From: Octopus sinensis
Lineage: Eukaryota
Reading direction: 5' to 3'
DNA length: 64,000 nt
Assembly (NCBI RefSeq): GCF_006345805.1
Contig: NC_043022.1
Coordinates: 20,088,001 to 20,152,000 of the forward strand
The notes under the pieces were generated by a model, which was not told where the DNA came from, searched no databases, and saw only the letters and a list, made by a program, of their open reading frames with translations. Positions 1-14,034 of the stretch are shown in pieces. The first letter of the stretch is position 1. Every line of letters starts with the position of its first letter. The position numbers were made by a program, and so were the translations under genes.

Positions 1-1744
1 CAATTTGAAGCTATAGTAGATGATAGAATTTGAGGCAGATTTTCTATAACTGGATGCCCTCCCTATCACCAATGCTCAGTTTCGGAGCAAAGTAATATTT
101 CCCCAGAAGATTGGAAACAAAGGATGCCACTTGCCTGTTGGCAATATGTGATATCAAGGCAAGGAGACAGTCACACACACACACACACAATCATATTTAT
201 ACAAAAGGTTTCTTTCACTTTCTATCAACCAAATCTGCTCACATGGTCTTGGTCAGCCTGGGGTCTAAATCAGATGACATAGGCTAAAGTGCCATGCAAT
301 GGAACTGAACCCAAAACCTTGAGATTAGGAAGCAAACTTCTGACTGCACAGCCATGCCTGCTTCAATTACAATCTACCATTTTCATTCACAAGGCTCAGA
401 AGGAATTGGCTTAAGGTTATCGAAAAATATACTTTGCCATAGGTGCCATGTGGTGGGATTGAATCAGAAATCTTGAGATTGGAAAGCTAACTGTTATACC
501 ACTCACTGATTTATTTGCCCATAAAAGAATTTACCAAGGAATTCTTAAATTGGATTCCATAGAAAATATCATTAGGTGTTTGATTTTCTATATATAAAAG
601 ATACTTTGAAATATAGATACAAAACCATGATTAATAATGCCAAAAATGAATCATATCTTATACACACACACATACAAACATGTGTGTGTGTATGTATGTA
701 TCTGTATATATATAAACATAGCTATACAGCTATAGGCTATAATTAATGACAGAAATGTAGGATATATATATATATATATATATTACACACAAACATACAC
801 ATATAGATACATATTTGCATATGTATACACACACACATATATATACATTTCTGTCGTTATCAGTTATAGTTCTATATCTTTATTTCATATATACTCACAT
901 TTGCGTGCGTGTGTGTGACTATACACACACACACACATATACATACATACACTGAGGTACAATTATGAAGCATAGATTAATAGTAATAAAATTACAGAAA
1001 TTAATCAATTAATATGTTTAATGTGACAGTAAATGAAACTTCTAATGAAGAAAGATTATTTATATATATTTACTTTAATCTCGTAGGGGGAGGGCAAGAA
1101 AATAGGCATCATAGATAAACCATCCAGATATTCATTATTCATTAAGAGAATCGGTTGCAATTAAAACAGACTCTCCCTGCCCCCACCTCTCTCTCTCTCT
1201 CTCATTCAAACTCTTTATTTCCTTTGTGCTTTGACAAAGAAACAGGAATGGATATAATTCTGTTCTTTTATCTTGGTGAATTTTTTTTTTACCACTTAAT
1301 AAAATTCAGTCTTGAAGAGTAACGATATCAAGGAACGCTTAGATACCAAAAGCTGAGATAACAATCAAGATGTTTGAAATGTAATATTATTGAGAGATGC
1401 TTTGCATTCCAGAAGCAGAAGGAACATCCAATGAATGACAGTGTCAGGAAATATTTAAAAAAAAAAAAACGTGAACTGTTGGGGAAAGACCGTGCAGATC
1501 ACAAAACACTTCTGCCAATTGTTAAAAGATGAAGAATCAAGTGGTTTTGTTACAAAAAAATGACATCATGATACCACAGCTCTTACAGTGCAAACAATAA
1601 GATCAAAGCCATTAAACACATTACCATTTGGCTTCTCAGGCACAGTATATCTTAGGCTCTATATTCTAATTTTTTTTTTCTATTTTTAAATGATATAATG
1701 TAGGCTGAGGCAAATCTGACTGCTATTTCTAATAAAGTGATGAG

Positions 1745-2447
1745 TTAACCCTTTAGCATTTTAAACAGGCCATATCTGGCCCTAATATTATACCTATTTC
1801 TTTACTACCCACAAGGGGCTAAACACAGAGAGGACAAACAAGCACAGACAAACGGATTAAGTCGATTATATCAACCCCAGTGCGTAACTGGTACTTATTT
1901 AATCGAGGCGGCGAGCTGGCAGAAACGTTAGCACACGGGCGAAATGCGTAGCTGTATTTCGTCTGCCACTACGTTCTGAGTTCAAATTCCGCCGAGGTCG
2001 ACTTTGCCTTTCATCCTTTCGGGGTCGATAAATTAAGTACCAGTTACGCACTGGAGTCGATATAATCGACTTAATCTGTCTATTTGTCCTTGTTTGTCTC
2101 CTCTGTGTTTAGCCCCATGTGGGTAGTAAAGAAATAGGTACTTATTTAATCGAGGCCCGAAAGGATGAAAGGCAAAGTCAACCTCGGTGGAATTTGAACT
2201 CAAAACGTAGTGGCAGACGAAATACTGCTAAGCATTTTGCCTGGCATGCTAACGATTCTGCCAGCCCGCCGCCTATTATACCTCTATGTTCAAACTGGCC
2301 TCTCCCACAAACCCTACAATATCATTCTAAAAATTAAGTTACCTCATCAACATCTCAAAGCTACAAGATAATGCAGGATTAATCCAAAACCTGTGTATAA
2401 ATAAGCTTTGCTTTTGAAAAAAATAATGTGAACACTAATGGGCTAAA
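1745..2447. mobile_element. TTAA-inserting (piggyBac-like) MITE family 1, interrupted by nested SINEs
   Basis: TTAA-CCCTTTAGCATT left end and a degenerate right end. Related copies at 14325-14554 and 31475-32140. Confidence 0.7.
1907..2139 (+). mobile_element. tRNA-derived SINE family B (Nin/Deu-like central domain)
   Basis: GGCGGCGAGCTGGCAGAA head, B-box GAGTTCAAATTCC and the domain GCCTTTCATCCTTTCGGGGTCGATAAATTAAGTACCAG. Other copies at 1792-2273(-), 4090-4290(-), 11350-11950(+, three tandem), 13338-13510, 14668-15059, 38846-39030 and 42125-42510(-). Confidence 0.85.
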
Positions 2448-2863
2448 GCAGCAGTCACCAATCTTTTTGGCACCACAGACTAGTTGATGGAAACTGAAAG
2501 AAGCCTGTCATATATGTGTGCTTCAATCTTTAGGTTGTGTCCATGCTGGGGCACCACCTTGAAAATTTTTAAGTTGAATGAATCGACTCCTGTACTTATT
2601 TTTTTCTTTTTTTTCCCCCTTTAAGCCTGGTACTTATTTTATTGGACTCTTACTGAATCACTAAGTCACAGGAACATAAACACAATCTCACACACACACA
2701 TATATGACAGGCTTCTTTCAGTTTCCATCCACCAAATCTACTCACAAGGCTTTGGTCAGTCCAAGGCTGTAATAGAAGACACTTGCCAAAGGTGCCATGC
2801 AATGAGACTGATCTCAGAATCATATGGCTAGGAGGCAATCATCTTACCGCACAGCCACTACTA

Positions 2864-2897
<34 letters not shown>

Positions 2898-4379
2898 CAC
2901 ATATCATCATTGTTTAACATCCACTTTCCATGTTGGCATGGGTTGGATGGTCTGACATGGAGCTGGCTAGCAGGAAGCTGTCCAGACTCCAACAGTTTGT
3001 TGTGGCATGATTTCTACAGGTGGATGCCCTTTGTAATACCAACCACTTAACAGAGTGTGCTGGGTGCTTTTTAAGTGACACCAACACCTGAAAGGACAAG
3101 CCTATATGTGTGGAAGACAGAGATTTTACTTAGCTTGGCATGCCTTAAGTACAGCAAACCACTACATCTCCCACATGTATTATATATTACATGTATAATA
3201 CATGTGAAAGCGTACTTAGTCATTAGGTTATTTAGCTCATGACGGTAAGGTCATGAGTTCAATTCCCAGTGAAACATTGTGTCCTTGAGCAAGACACTTC
3301 AATTCCCATTGCTGCAGTTCACTCAGCTGACAAAAATGAGTTGTACTTCTAATTCAAAAGGAAGGGCCAGCTTTGTCAAATTCTGTATCACGCTGAATCG
3401 TCCTGAGAGCTATATAGGGTTCACATGTCTATGGAGTGCTCAGCCACTTGCAAGTTAATTTCACAATTTTGTAACCAATGGAGTGCCAGTTGTAATACAT
3501 ATCATCATCATCATTTAACATCCTTCTTTCATACTGGGTTGGATGCTTTGACAGGAGCTGGCCAGGCAGGAGCCTGCACCATGCTTCTGTATGTTTTGGC
3601 ATGGTTTTTATGGCTGGATGCCCTTCCTAACACCAACCACTCTGCAGAGTGGGCTGAGTTCTTTTTACATGCCACTTACACATGTGAGGTCAGTATTGGC
3701 ATGGTTTTTACGGCTGGATGCTTTTCCAAATGCCAACCACTTCACAGTTTGGAGTGAGTGCTTTTTAAGTGGCAACTACCAGCACTAGCAGGGTCACTAA
3801 ATCACTTTGCAAGATAAAGAATTATTGTGAGGGGAAGGGGACATTGGAGGGGGTGATCTTGTGTCAGATGATGAAAGGTCAGAGTGTGACATATATAATG
3901 CAAAAACACTCTGTAAACTGCAATAGTCAATAAAATAGAAATAGAATTTTACAATTTAGTCTTTCTGAGTAGCTTGGTGTCTGGGGTGTTGGTCCACAGC
4001 TTGGTGGGTAGGGATCCCTAATTTAGAGGCTTATTAGGCTCAAATCACTTCTGGTACAATCTACCCATTTGTATGGATATAGTGCTTTTAAGTTTAGGCA
4101 CAGCAATTTCAGGGATGGGATAGGTCAATAAAATCAACCCCAATGCTCAACTGGTACTTATTTTATTAACCCAGAAAGGATCAAGAACAAAGTTGACCTC
4201 AGTGGAATTTAAATTCAGAATGTAAAGACAGATGAAATGCTACTAATAATTTTGCCTGGCGTGCTAACAATTCTGCCAGCTCGTCGCCTTATTTGTATGG
4301 CTAAATTGACTAATATAATAATATAATAGCTGTATGGATATATTGACTAAAACTGTCTGTGTATTTATGTACTTTAACA

Positions 4380-5560
4380 ATAGAATTTCATTTGAAATAG
4401 TGGCAGATGTACTACTAGAGTAGTAAACAGTCACGGCACCAAACAGCAAAATATGTTCTTTTCAATGCTCAGAAAACACTGTAGAAGTAATTGATAGCTC
4501 CTGTTGCCTAGGCAACCAAATCAGTGATAGGGGAGTGTATTTCTGAAAGCATAGTAGCCAGAATAAGAACAGTGGAAAAAAAAAGTTCAGGGAGTTATTA
4601 TGATGACAAAGAGATCCTATCTCTGAGAAAAGGATTGACTGTGCAATGCTTATGTTGAAATATTTTCTTTTGTTTTCTTTTTTTTTCAGTTTCCTTCTTA
4701 AGTCACACCAACTCAGTTTAACGGTTTCTATGACAAATAAATTCCCCACCTGGATGGGACACTGGTCTGTCACAGGATAACTCATTTTTGCCAGCAATGT
4801 GAAATGAAGTGTTTTACTCAAGAACAAAATGTGTCGCCCAATCCAGGAATCGAAACCACCATCTTACGATCATGAATTCAACACCCCAACCACTAAGCCA
4901 TGCACCTCCACTGTAGAAAGAATGCTGATATATGGTAGTAAGTACTGAATGTAGAGGGCATGCAAAGACTGGGAAGAGACGAATCAGTAAGTAATCTCAC
5001 CTGGATGTGTGATGTTAGTGCATGTGAGCAACCTGGTACAGGCATGTGATGCATATGAAAGATGTCATCATCATCTCTTGGACAGCACTGTCTTTAGTCC
5101 TGACTTTGGGTCAGCTATCTGGATTCCATAGCTTATAAATTACCAAGATCACAACACTAACCCTGAATGGAATGCCAGTCCGTTGCAGGGTTACAGCTAA
5201 GCAGACAGGACTAATATGAATGAAGTCTTTTGCTCAAGTACACACAGCACCACCTGGTCGTAGAATTGAAACCATTATCTTGCAATTGCAATCACACCTG
5301 CAACACAGTAAACACTAGGCTACAAGCCTTCTATGGAGGATGATAGCTGGGTTAAAAAATAAAGAATGAAGTTGATGGTTAGGTAAAAAAAAACAAAAGC
5401 AGTGCCAGGAGACCTAAATAGAAGTTGAAGTAGTGAAAGCAGATCTCAGAATGTTGAACTTCATAAAGGAGGCAAGAAAAACAAAATGCAACAAGTAACA
5501 AAATGCTATGTTGGAGAGGACTTGTCCAACAAACAAAACCATAGAAAAGGAGATGGTCAA
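4380..5560 (+). mobile_element. Old, decayed RTE LINE 3' ORF fragment interrupted by SINEs
   Basis: 4460-4650 resembles the LEVVDSFRYLGDQVS...IRIAW.KFRELL region of the RTE at 26.6 kb. Many stops and indels. Confidence 0.55.
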
Positions 5561-6434
5561 GACAAGATGGCACTTACACTAGGTCTCACAAAGGGTCTTA
5601 TGGTCAAGCCAGGATGGCACTTACCGTTGGTGTCACACAATGGGACTAAATCTCAAACAACCTTATGGTCATGCCAGGATGGCACTTACCTAGGATAAAG
5701 TAGAAAGCACTTACTCGCAGTGTCACACAGTGGGACTGAACCAAAGCAGCATTATAGTCATGCCAAGAAGGCAATTACCCTAGGATCCACAAACAGCCTT
5801 ATGGACATGCCAAGGAGACAATGGGACTGACCCCAAACAACCTTATGGTTTAGACAAGACTATAGTAGAAGGCACAAACCCAAGGTGCTACACAGTCAAG
5901 CTAACCCCAAAACAACTACACAGACATGAGGCAAACTTCTAAAGTACAAGAAATAAAAATAAAAATAAAAAACTGGGTCATAATTGGAGCACTTTTTGAT
6001 CTTATACCATCAGGACAGACTTTGGACTAAACAACTACAACTGTACCATCACCCCACCACTGCCAACAAATCAATGTATGCATGGATAATGATGGACCCT
6101 AGACAGTGAGAACTAGGGGTTACACGGTTGCTATGAATAATTCTGAATATGTATCTATGAACACGGAAAAAAAAATGAAATTAATAATGAAAAAAATACA
6201 AATATGTTTATGATATTTATTTTATTGTGCTATGCAAACAATAAGGTTTTGTTTGTAAAAGAAAAATAACATTTATTCAACCTGTTTTTGTTTTTGGGCA
6301 CCCCCCCCCACCTCTATCTGTTCAGTGAGTCAAGTCCGGAAAATGTATCAGGGGATGGAGTGGTGGATAACAGTTTTACTGGGATTTTTTTTCCCTTAGT
6401 CCTGTCACTCAGCAAGGATTTGGAAGATAATACA

Positions 6435-7085
6435 ATGAGTAGTAGCAGCAGCAGCAGTCATAGTAGTAGTAGTAGTAGTAGTAGTACAGGTGGTGGTGCT
6501 GGTGGTAGTAGTAGTGGTGGTGGTGACAGCAACAGCCACACAACAAACATTCACAAACTTACTCATCCAACCAAACCAAAGAGTCAGATACAGAAATACT
6601 TGGTACAAAGATGCTGCTGATGTTGATGAACATGATAACCATAATGATGTTGGTGATGGTGATGGTGGTAGTAAGGATGGAGAGGGTGTTTTTAATGATG
6701 ATTGATGATAGCTGTGATGATGATGGTAGTGATGATGGCGCTGCTGCTGCTGCTGATAGTGGTAGTGGTGATGGTGGTGGTAGTAGAGATGGCAGTTAAT
6801 AAATTCAGTACTGATATCGATTATGATGATTATGATAATGACAATGAATGATAGAGATGATGATGGCAGTGATAGCATGGCGACGACAGCATTGATGATG
6901 ATGATGATGATATTGGTAAATTCTGCAATGTTGACAATGATAATGATGATGATAAGAACAATGACAATAATGATGATGATACGATGACTGATAATTCTGG
7001 CAATGATGACGACAATGGTGATGAGAATGATGATTGATAAATTCAACTATGATTATGATGACTATGATGATGACTTAACAATGAT
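6435..7085. repeat. Degenerate trinucleotide tract (AGT/GGT/GAT)n
   Basis: Directly visible; source of the spurious poly-S/D/H/I ORFs. Confidence 0.9.
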
Positions 7086-8868
7086 CACAAATAAAAAAAT
7101 ATATCGCTTCACTTCATTACCACTGCCCCCTTCTAACCGACAATGGTAACAAAAAAACCTTTATATGGTCTCTCAATCTGCTGGAAATAGCAGCTAAATT
7201 TCCCTCAAATCTCATGCTACTTTCTTTAAAAAAAGAGGTCGGTGGTACAAAAGCATGCTGAGCATGATTCCAGGGTTCCCAGCACACTATAAAAATAGTC
7301 AAGATGGTCACGACTAGAATGTCTTTGATGATAGTTCTACTTGATCATGGTTGACCTGGGGCTGAACAACCACTACTCTAAAGATGATAAAATATTCCAT
7401 GTCAGATGACATGGAACATTTTAGGCTTCAAACAATAATATAGTCAACAATCTCCATCCACACCCACCACTATCATCAATGCATACACAACCAACACCTC
7501 TACCCCTTACACATACACACAGACAGACACTAAAAGCAAAAACAGCTGAGGCATGGCTGCATAAGAAGCTTGCCTCCCAACCACAGGGTTCTGAGTTCAG
7601 TCCCATTGCATAGCACTTAGAGCAAGTGTTATCTACTAAAGTCTTGTGAGTGGATCAGGCAGGCAGAAACTGAAAGAAGCCCATCATGTATATATTCTGT
7701 TATTTCAGTTCATTCGTATGTCCACATGTCATCCTGTTTGTTTTCGTCTTTCTCCCTCATCCATCCACTAATTCAGGGGCAGCTGAGGAAGGGGAATATT
7801 CCTTGTGTTGTATGTCTTGTACTCTGTTTTTTCGTTGTTTGAAAAAGTCCGGTTCCATGTTTTAGTTTTTATGTTTTCGTTTCTCGTTGTGTTCTACGTT
7901 TTTTTGGTGTCCTGAACCCATATATGCATTTATATATACATATAGATGTAGGTATGTACATATATGTATGTATGCATGTGTTTTATTTATTAATTTGTTA
8001 TCATTATATATATATACATACATATATATACGACAGGCTTCTTTCAGTTTCCAGCTACCAAATTCACTCACGAGGCTTTGCTCAGCCTGATGCTATAGTA
8101 GAAGACACTTGCCCAAGGTGCCATACAGTGGGACTGAACCTGGAATTATGGTTAGAAAGCAAGCTTTTTACCATACAGCCATGCCTGCACCTTGATGAAA
8201 TTTAAATACTAAAGTGTACGAAACTAAATCCTGTTATATTCACAGAAATTAAAACACAAGAGTAATTAGTTCTAACTTAATTATAATTAAAAGATAAATA
8301 GCTGCAAGCATGGCCATGTGGTTAAGAAGATCACCTTGCAACCACGTGGTTTCAAGTTCAGTGCCACTGCATGGCACATTGGCAAAGTGTCTTGTACAAA
8401 AGCTACAGACAAACCAATGCCTTGTGAGTGAATGTTGTAGATAAAAACTGTGTGGAAGCCCATGATTTCAGAGGAAAGAGTAAGTACTCAACTGATACTT
8501 ATTTTACTGACCCTGAGAGGACAAAAGGCTAAGTCAACCTTGGAGGAATTTGAACTCAGAATATAAAGACAGATGAAATAAAACCTTATTTTGGTAGAAA
8601 TATCATGTAAAATGACAACAACAATAACAACAAACTCCTCCCCCCTCCCTGAATCCTATTAACAAGAGCTAGACAGGACTACAGTTACAAAAATGATTTT
8701 ACAGATTTTCAAAGACAACCAAACGTCGCTGCTACTGAATAAATTAAAATATGTTGAAATAACATATAAAAATCATAGAAACAAAGAAAGACACTATGAC
8801 ATGTCTTGTACTCAGTCACAATAGAATTTTTAATGAGATCCACTCGGAAACTTTTTGTGCATGCGTGC

Positions 8869-8901
<33 letters not shown>

Positions 8902-9534
8902 GATGAGTAACCATCACACATTCATTGTACTAAGATGACAATGGCAACAACAACAGCAACAAAACACTAGGTTACACCACAAAGTACTTGCTCTTGTCTC
9001 TGTAGAGTTAGTTAAAGACAATTGGAGAGGCGGCAGAGTTTGTTTATTGTTGTATTTCACAATTCTATTACAGACGACATAAGGACATAGTTCTGAATTA
9101 AAGACAATCAGCGATTAGAATAAATAAATAAATAAAATAAAATGAATGAATAAATAGAAGAAAAAAGATGGAATGGTAAGGAAATATAGACAGAAAGAAG
9201 GAAAACAGAATGAGAAAAAAAGAGTAACAAATACAGAAAAGGAGAAAAATGAAAGAAAGTAAAGAAGGAATAGAAAAACGGAGGGAGGAGAATGAATGAA
9301 AGTAAGAAGGAAAGACAGAGCAGAGAATGAAGGAAAATAAGAAAAAGTGAAAGATAAATGAAGAAAGAATGAAAGAGATAAAAAAAAAACTACCGCCAAG
9401 GTTGTCTTTCTCTCTCTCTCCTCTATTATCAGAAAACGTCAAAGGAATGAAATGAAAATACTGAAGACTGACAAAAAACATGAAGCAAATGACTAATAAT
9501 TATTATTATGATTGTCCCTTCTTATTTATAAATC

Positions 9535-10012
9535 AAGCACCGTCCGCTCGTGGCCGTTTGCCAGCTCTGTCTGGCAACCGTGTCGGTGGCACGTAAAAGC
9601 ACCATCCGTTCGCGCCCGTTGCCAGCCTCGACTGGCCCCCGTGCCGGTGACACGTAAAAGCACCGTCCGTTCGTGGCCGTTTGCCAGCTCTGTCTGGCCC
9701 CGTGTCGGTGGTACGTAAAAGCACCATCCGTTCGTGTCCGTTGCCAGCATCGCCTGGCCCCGTGCCGGTGACACGTAAAAGCACCATCCGTTCGTGGCCG
9801 TTCGCCAGCTCTGTCTGGCACCTGTGCAGGTGGCACGTAAAAAACACCCACTACACTCGCGGAGTGGTTGGCATTAGGAAGGGCATCCAGCCGTAGAAAC
9901 GCTGCCAGATCTGACTGGGCCTGACGAAGCCTTCCAGCTTCACAGACCCCAGTTGACCCGTCCAACCCATGCTAGCATGGAAAGCAGACGCTAAACGATG
10001 ATGATGATCATC
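9535..10012 (+). mobile_element. RTE 3'UTR-derived short element with ~60 bp internal tandem repeats
   Basis: The 3' part (GAGTGGTTGGCATTAGGAAGGGCATCCAGC...CATGGAAAGC..ACG..AAACGATGATG) matches the RTE 3' end at 25695-25900. About five GC-rich units ending CACGTAAAAGCACC. Related copies at 2905-3100, 3500-3800, 12855-13100, 33245-33590 and 50617-50817. Confidence 0.8.
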
Positions 10013-10169
10013 ATCATCATCATCATTATCCTCAGCCCCTGGACCAACACTGATTTAACCATTCAACAAAATAAGCAAATGCTTTGGGTATCAAGGGAAA
10101 AGGTGGGACACCACAAAAAAATGGTAAAGAGTTTAGCAAACTGTCAAAGTTTCGGTTGCTTCCTGACAT

Positions 10170-10720
10170 GTTTATGGATGAACCTGTGGCAATGGAGACC
10201 TCTGGTGTTTTTGGCCCCTGAACCATACTCCCGCTCACCATCATCGGGGTAGAGATGACTGTCTACCAATTTAACTCCCAACAGGTTTATGGTCAAGCCA
10301 GTCACAGTGCAGACTTCCAGCATTCTTGGCTCCAAGACCATATCCAAGCTCACCGCTATCGGGACAGAGATGGCTGTACACAAGTGCTACTCAAACAGGT
10401 TTATGGTCAAGCATGTGGCAGTGGAGACTTTTGGCGTTCTTGTTCCCCCTGCCCCAACAACCATATCCCTGCTCACCATTATTGCGGCAGAAAATAGCTG
10501 TCTGTAAGTGCAACTGTAACAGGTACATAGTCAAGTCTGTGGCAGTGGAGACCTCCAGCATTCTTGGCCCCGAGACCATATCCCTGCTCATCGCTATCAG
10601 AGCAGAAATGGCTGTCTATAAGTGTGATCCCAACAGTTTTATGGTCAAATCTGTGGCAGCAGACACTTCCAATGCTCTCCCCCCTTCCCCCACCGAACCA
10701 TTTCCATATGCCTGTGAATT
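10170..10720. repeat. Diverged tandem repeat, ~114-123 bp unit, about 5 copies
   Basis: TTTATGGTCAAG..TGTGGCAGTGGAGAC.TCCAGCATTCTTGGC...ACCATATCCC.GCTCACC recurs near 10170, 10285, 10399, 10522 and 10636. Confidence 0.85.
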
Positions 10721-10849
10721 GCTATTGGAGTGGAAATGGTTGTCTGCAACTGAGAGCCCTGTGAGTCAGAGTGGTTGTTCCAGCACATCTCCCTCACCCT
10801 CCTCCAGGGCAACACCATTTCTATTTTATCAGCTGGGGCCATGAGAAAT

Positions 10850-11005
10850 GTTTACAGCAGAAAAGGAATCACTTTAAACTTGCTGAAATAATATTTAGGA
10901 TGCCTTATCTCAACTAAGTATAGAAGTAGATGTGTTACATAAGATTAATTTTGAGGATCTAATCAAAGACTTTGCAATTAAAAAAAGCAAGAGAAAACTT
11001 TTCAA
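10850..11005 (+). mobile_element. hAT transposase C-terminal (dimerisation region) fragment
   Basis: LSIEVDVLHKINFEDLIKDFAIKKSKRK pattern typical of hAT transposase ends. Confidence 0.55.
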
Positions 11006-11158
11006 ATGGCTGTGTGGTAAGAAGCTTGCTTCCCAACCACATGGTTCTGGGTTCAGTCCCATTGTATGGCACCTCAAGCCAGTGTCTTCTAGTGTAGCCT
11101 TGGGTCAACCAAAGCCTTGTGAGTGGATCTGGTTGATGGAAACTGAAAGAAATACATT

Positions 11159-11189
<31 letters not shown>

Positions 11190-14034
11190 TGTGTGTGTGT
11201 GACCACTGCTTGTGTGTTTACACCCCTATAACTTAGCGATTCAGCAAAAGAGACCAATAGAATAAGTACCCCCACACTTTTAGTCATCTGTCTCAGTGAT
11301 GGTATACTGTCAGTCACCTTTGTAGCAATAATAAAGATCATCACTATTATCCATCCTTACATCCTGAGTTCAAATTCCGCTGGGGTCAACTTCGCCTTTC
11401 ATCCTTTCGAGGTCAATAAATTAAGCACCAGTGAAACACTAGGGTCGATGTAATTGACTAGTCCCCTCCCCAAAAATTTCAGGCCTTGTTCTTTTAGCAG
11501 AATGGATCATTATCATTATTATTATTATTATAGCATGCTGGACAAAAGTGCTTAGCAGCATTTCTTCTGGTTTTACATTCTGAGTTCAAATTCCAACAAG
11601 GTTGACTTTGCCTTCCATCCTTTCAAGTTTGATAAAATAAGCACCAGTTGAACACTGGGGTCAATATAATTGACTTCCCCTCTCCCCAACAAAAAAATTT
11701 CAGGACTTGTGCCTATAATAGAAAGAATTATTTTTATCATTATTATTACAACTACTAAAGTGGCTGCATTGTTAGCATGCCAGGTTAAAATCCTTAGTGG
11801 CATTTTGTCCGTCTTGATATTCTGAGTTCAAACTGCACCAAAGTCAACTTTATATTTCATCCTTTCGGGGTCAATATAATAAGTATCAGTTGAGCACTGA
11901 GGTTGATGTAATTGAGTTTCCCAGTCCCCAAAATTGTACCAAAATTTGAAATCATCATTATTATTTTTTATTATTGGAGAAGTAGGCATGGCTAAGTGGT
12001 TAAGAAGTTTGCTTCACATTTTTCCTCTTTCTCTCTCCTTTCAAAGATTTTAATAACATTTCCTAAGGACACTCCTTTTCAAGACGAAAAAAAAAGACAA
12101 GAATAATTTACCCTTATTTATATATATTTCAGGAAATAACTGAGACCCGTGTTAGATAAGGTTGATGGAGACATTCACTATAGGAAAAAGAGGGAGAATA
12201 AAGAGTCTGTTTACACAACATATGAAAAAATGGTTAAGAAAGAGTCAAATTTGGTCCTGCTTTACACTGTTTTATTTTCACATCTTTCTTGCTTATTGTT
12301 TTAACAGAAATTTAAAATACTTTGTTAAATATATTCTACATGTTACCATTGGTTTCTTGCATTTTTATTTTGAATTTTTCTTATGGTTGTCATTAATTTA
12401 TAATGTAATGTCCTACCCACAATTATTCTACTGAGACAGACACAGAGACTGTACTGTAGAGAAAAGAGAACGGGGGAGGAAGAGAGGAACAGAAAGAGTG
12501 ACAGACTGACTAAAACACAGGGAAAGAGAGGTGCAGGTAGACAGACAGACAGAAACAATGAAAGAGAGAGAGAGAAATAGACAGTGATACTGAAACAGGA
12601 ACAGAGAGGCAAATAGAGACACTGAAAGAAAGGAACAGAGAGAGACAGACGGACAGACATAGGCCATGAAACAGGAAGAGAGAGACAGACAGACAAAGAC
12701 ATCAAACATGATCACAAACATAAGAAATTTAGAAATTCGATTAAAATATTTAAACACACACGCACGTACACACACAGGATCTGAATGCTAAAAGGTTAAA
12801 GAATATTGAAATTCAGAATCCAGTGTAATTTTACTTTATTTCTAATGAATCCCCATCATCATTGTCATCACCATTTTGACACCCAATTTCCATTGTGGCA
12901 TGTTTTGAATGGTATGACAGGAGCTGGAGAACCAGCAGAACTATATACAATGCTCTGTCAGCTGTGGCATGGTTTTTGCAGATGGATACCCTTCCTAATA
13001 CCAAACACTTTACAGAGTGTACTGAGTGCTTTTTGTGTGGCACCCTCACCAGTGAGGTCACCAGGTAACTCACAAGACTGGACCCTTCAACTGAGTGTGG
13101 ATTAATACTGAGAGGAACGGCTCAGTGCCAGGTGATGAGATGTTAAAGTATGATAGAGGGGCAGAGACAGATGTCTTGCTATAGAGGAGACACATGGCTA
13201 CCTCAGTTGAAAAAACAGGAGAGAAGAGAGAGAAAGAGAGAGGAGATCGTGTAATAAATTTCTTTCAATATATGAATATTCATTGCTGATTAAATTTAAG
13301 TTCATGCAAAAACTAAACAGGTTTTGAATCAAATCTTAAGATGGCAAGCTGGCAGAATCGTTAGCACACTTGGCCACAATGCTAAGTGGCATTTCTTCCA
13401 GCTCTTTACATACTGAATTCTAGTTCTGCAGAGGTCAATTTTACTTCCATCCTTTTGAGGTGAATAAAATAACTACCAGTTGAACATTGGAGGTCCATGT
13501 AATCAACTAGCATAGGAAGAATTATAGGCTATGTAGCCTGAGATCAATGCAATAAATCCTTCTTAACTCATTTGACTCGCATAGTGATTGTTGAATAATT
13601 CAACATATGTGAAAAACCATTGTTGAAACATAATGAAATCTGGCTAAGTTTGGATAATTGAAGAAATATCAAAGAGAAAAGTGGGGAAAAAAACACTCAT
13701 AGCAGATAAATGAAACGATTGTCACATCAATACATATCAATAAATGAAAACAAAATATAAAAAAAAAAGATAGCTTGGACTGAATGGAACATAAGTAAAT
13801 TTTATCTACATCATTGTCGTCTATGGAATAATTAATAAAATAATGCAGGCTGTTGTTGATATACATGAATCTGGTTAAACTTGGCGAACTGAGGGTTATC
13901 AAAGGGAATTGGAAAAATATCAAAAGGGGAAAGTCAAAAGATAGTCATGCTGATAACAGATCGATAAAAAAGCTAACTTGAGTTGGATGAAATGTAAGTA
14001 AATTATGTATACTCAAAATATACAGTCAATTTAA

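Noticed and set aside
6326-6341. AP-1 (TGAGTCA) plus ETS (CCGGAA) motif pair
   Set aside because: Short motifs expected by chance in 64 kb, with no supporting evidence.
6288-7046. Poly-Ser/Gly/His/Ile ORFs
   Set aside because: Translations of degenerate trinucleotide repeats on both strands, with no splice or domain support.
9921-9945. CTGACGA as a possible hammerhead core in the RTE-tail element
   Set aside because: No correctly placed GAAA or stem III follows.
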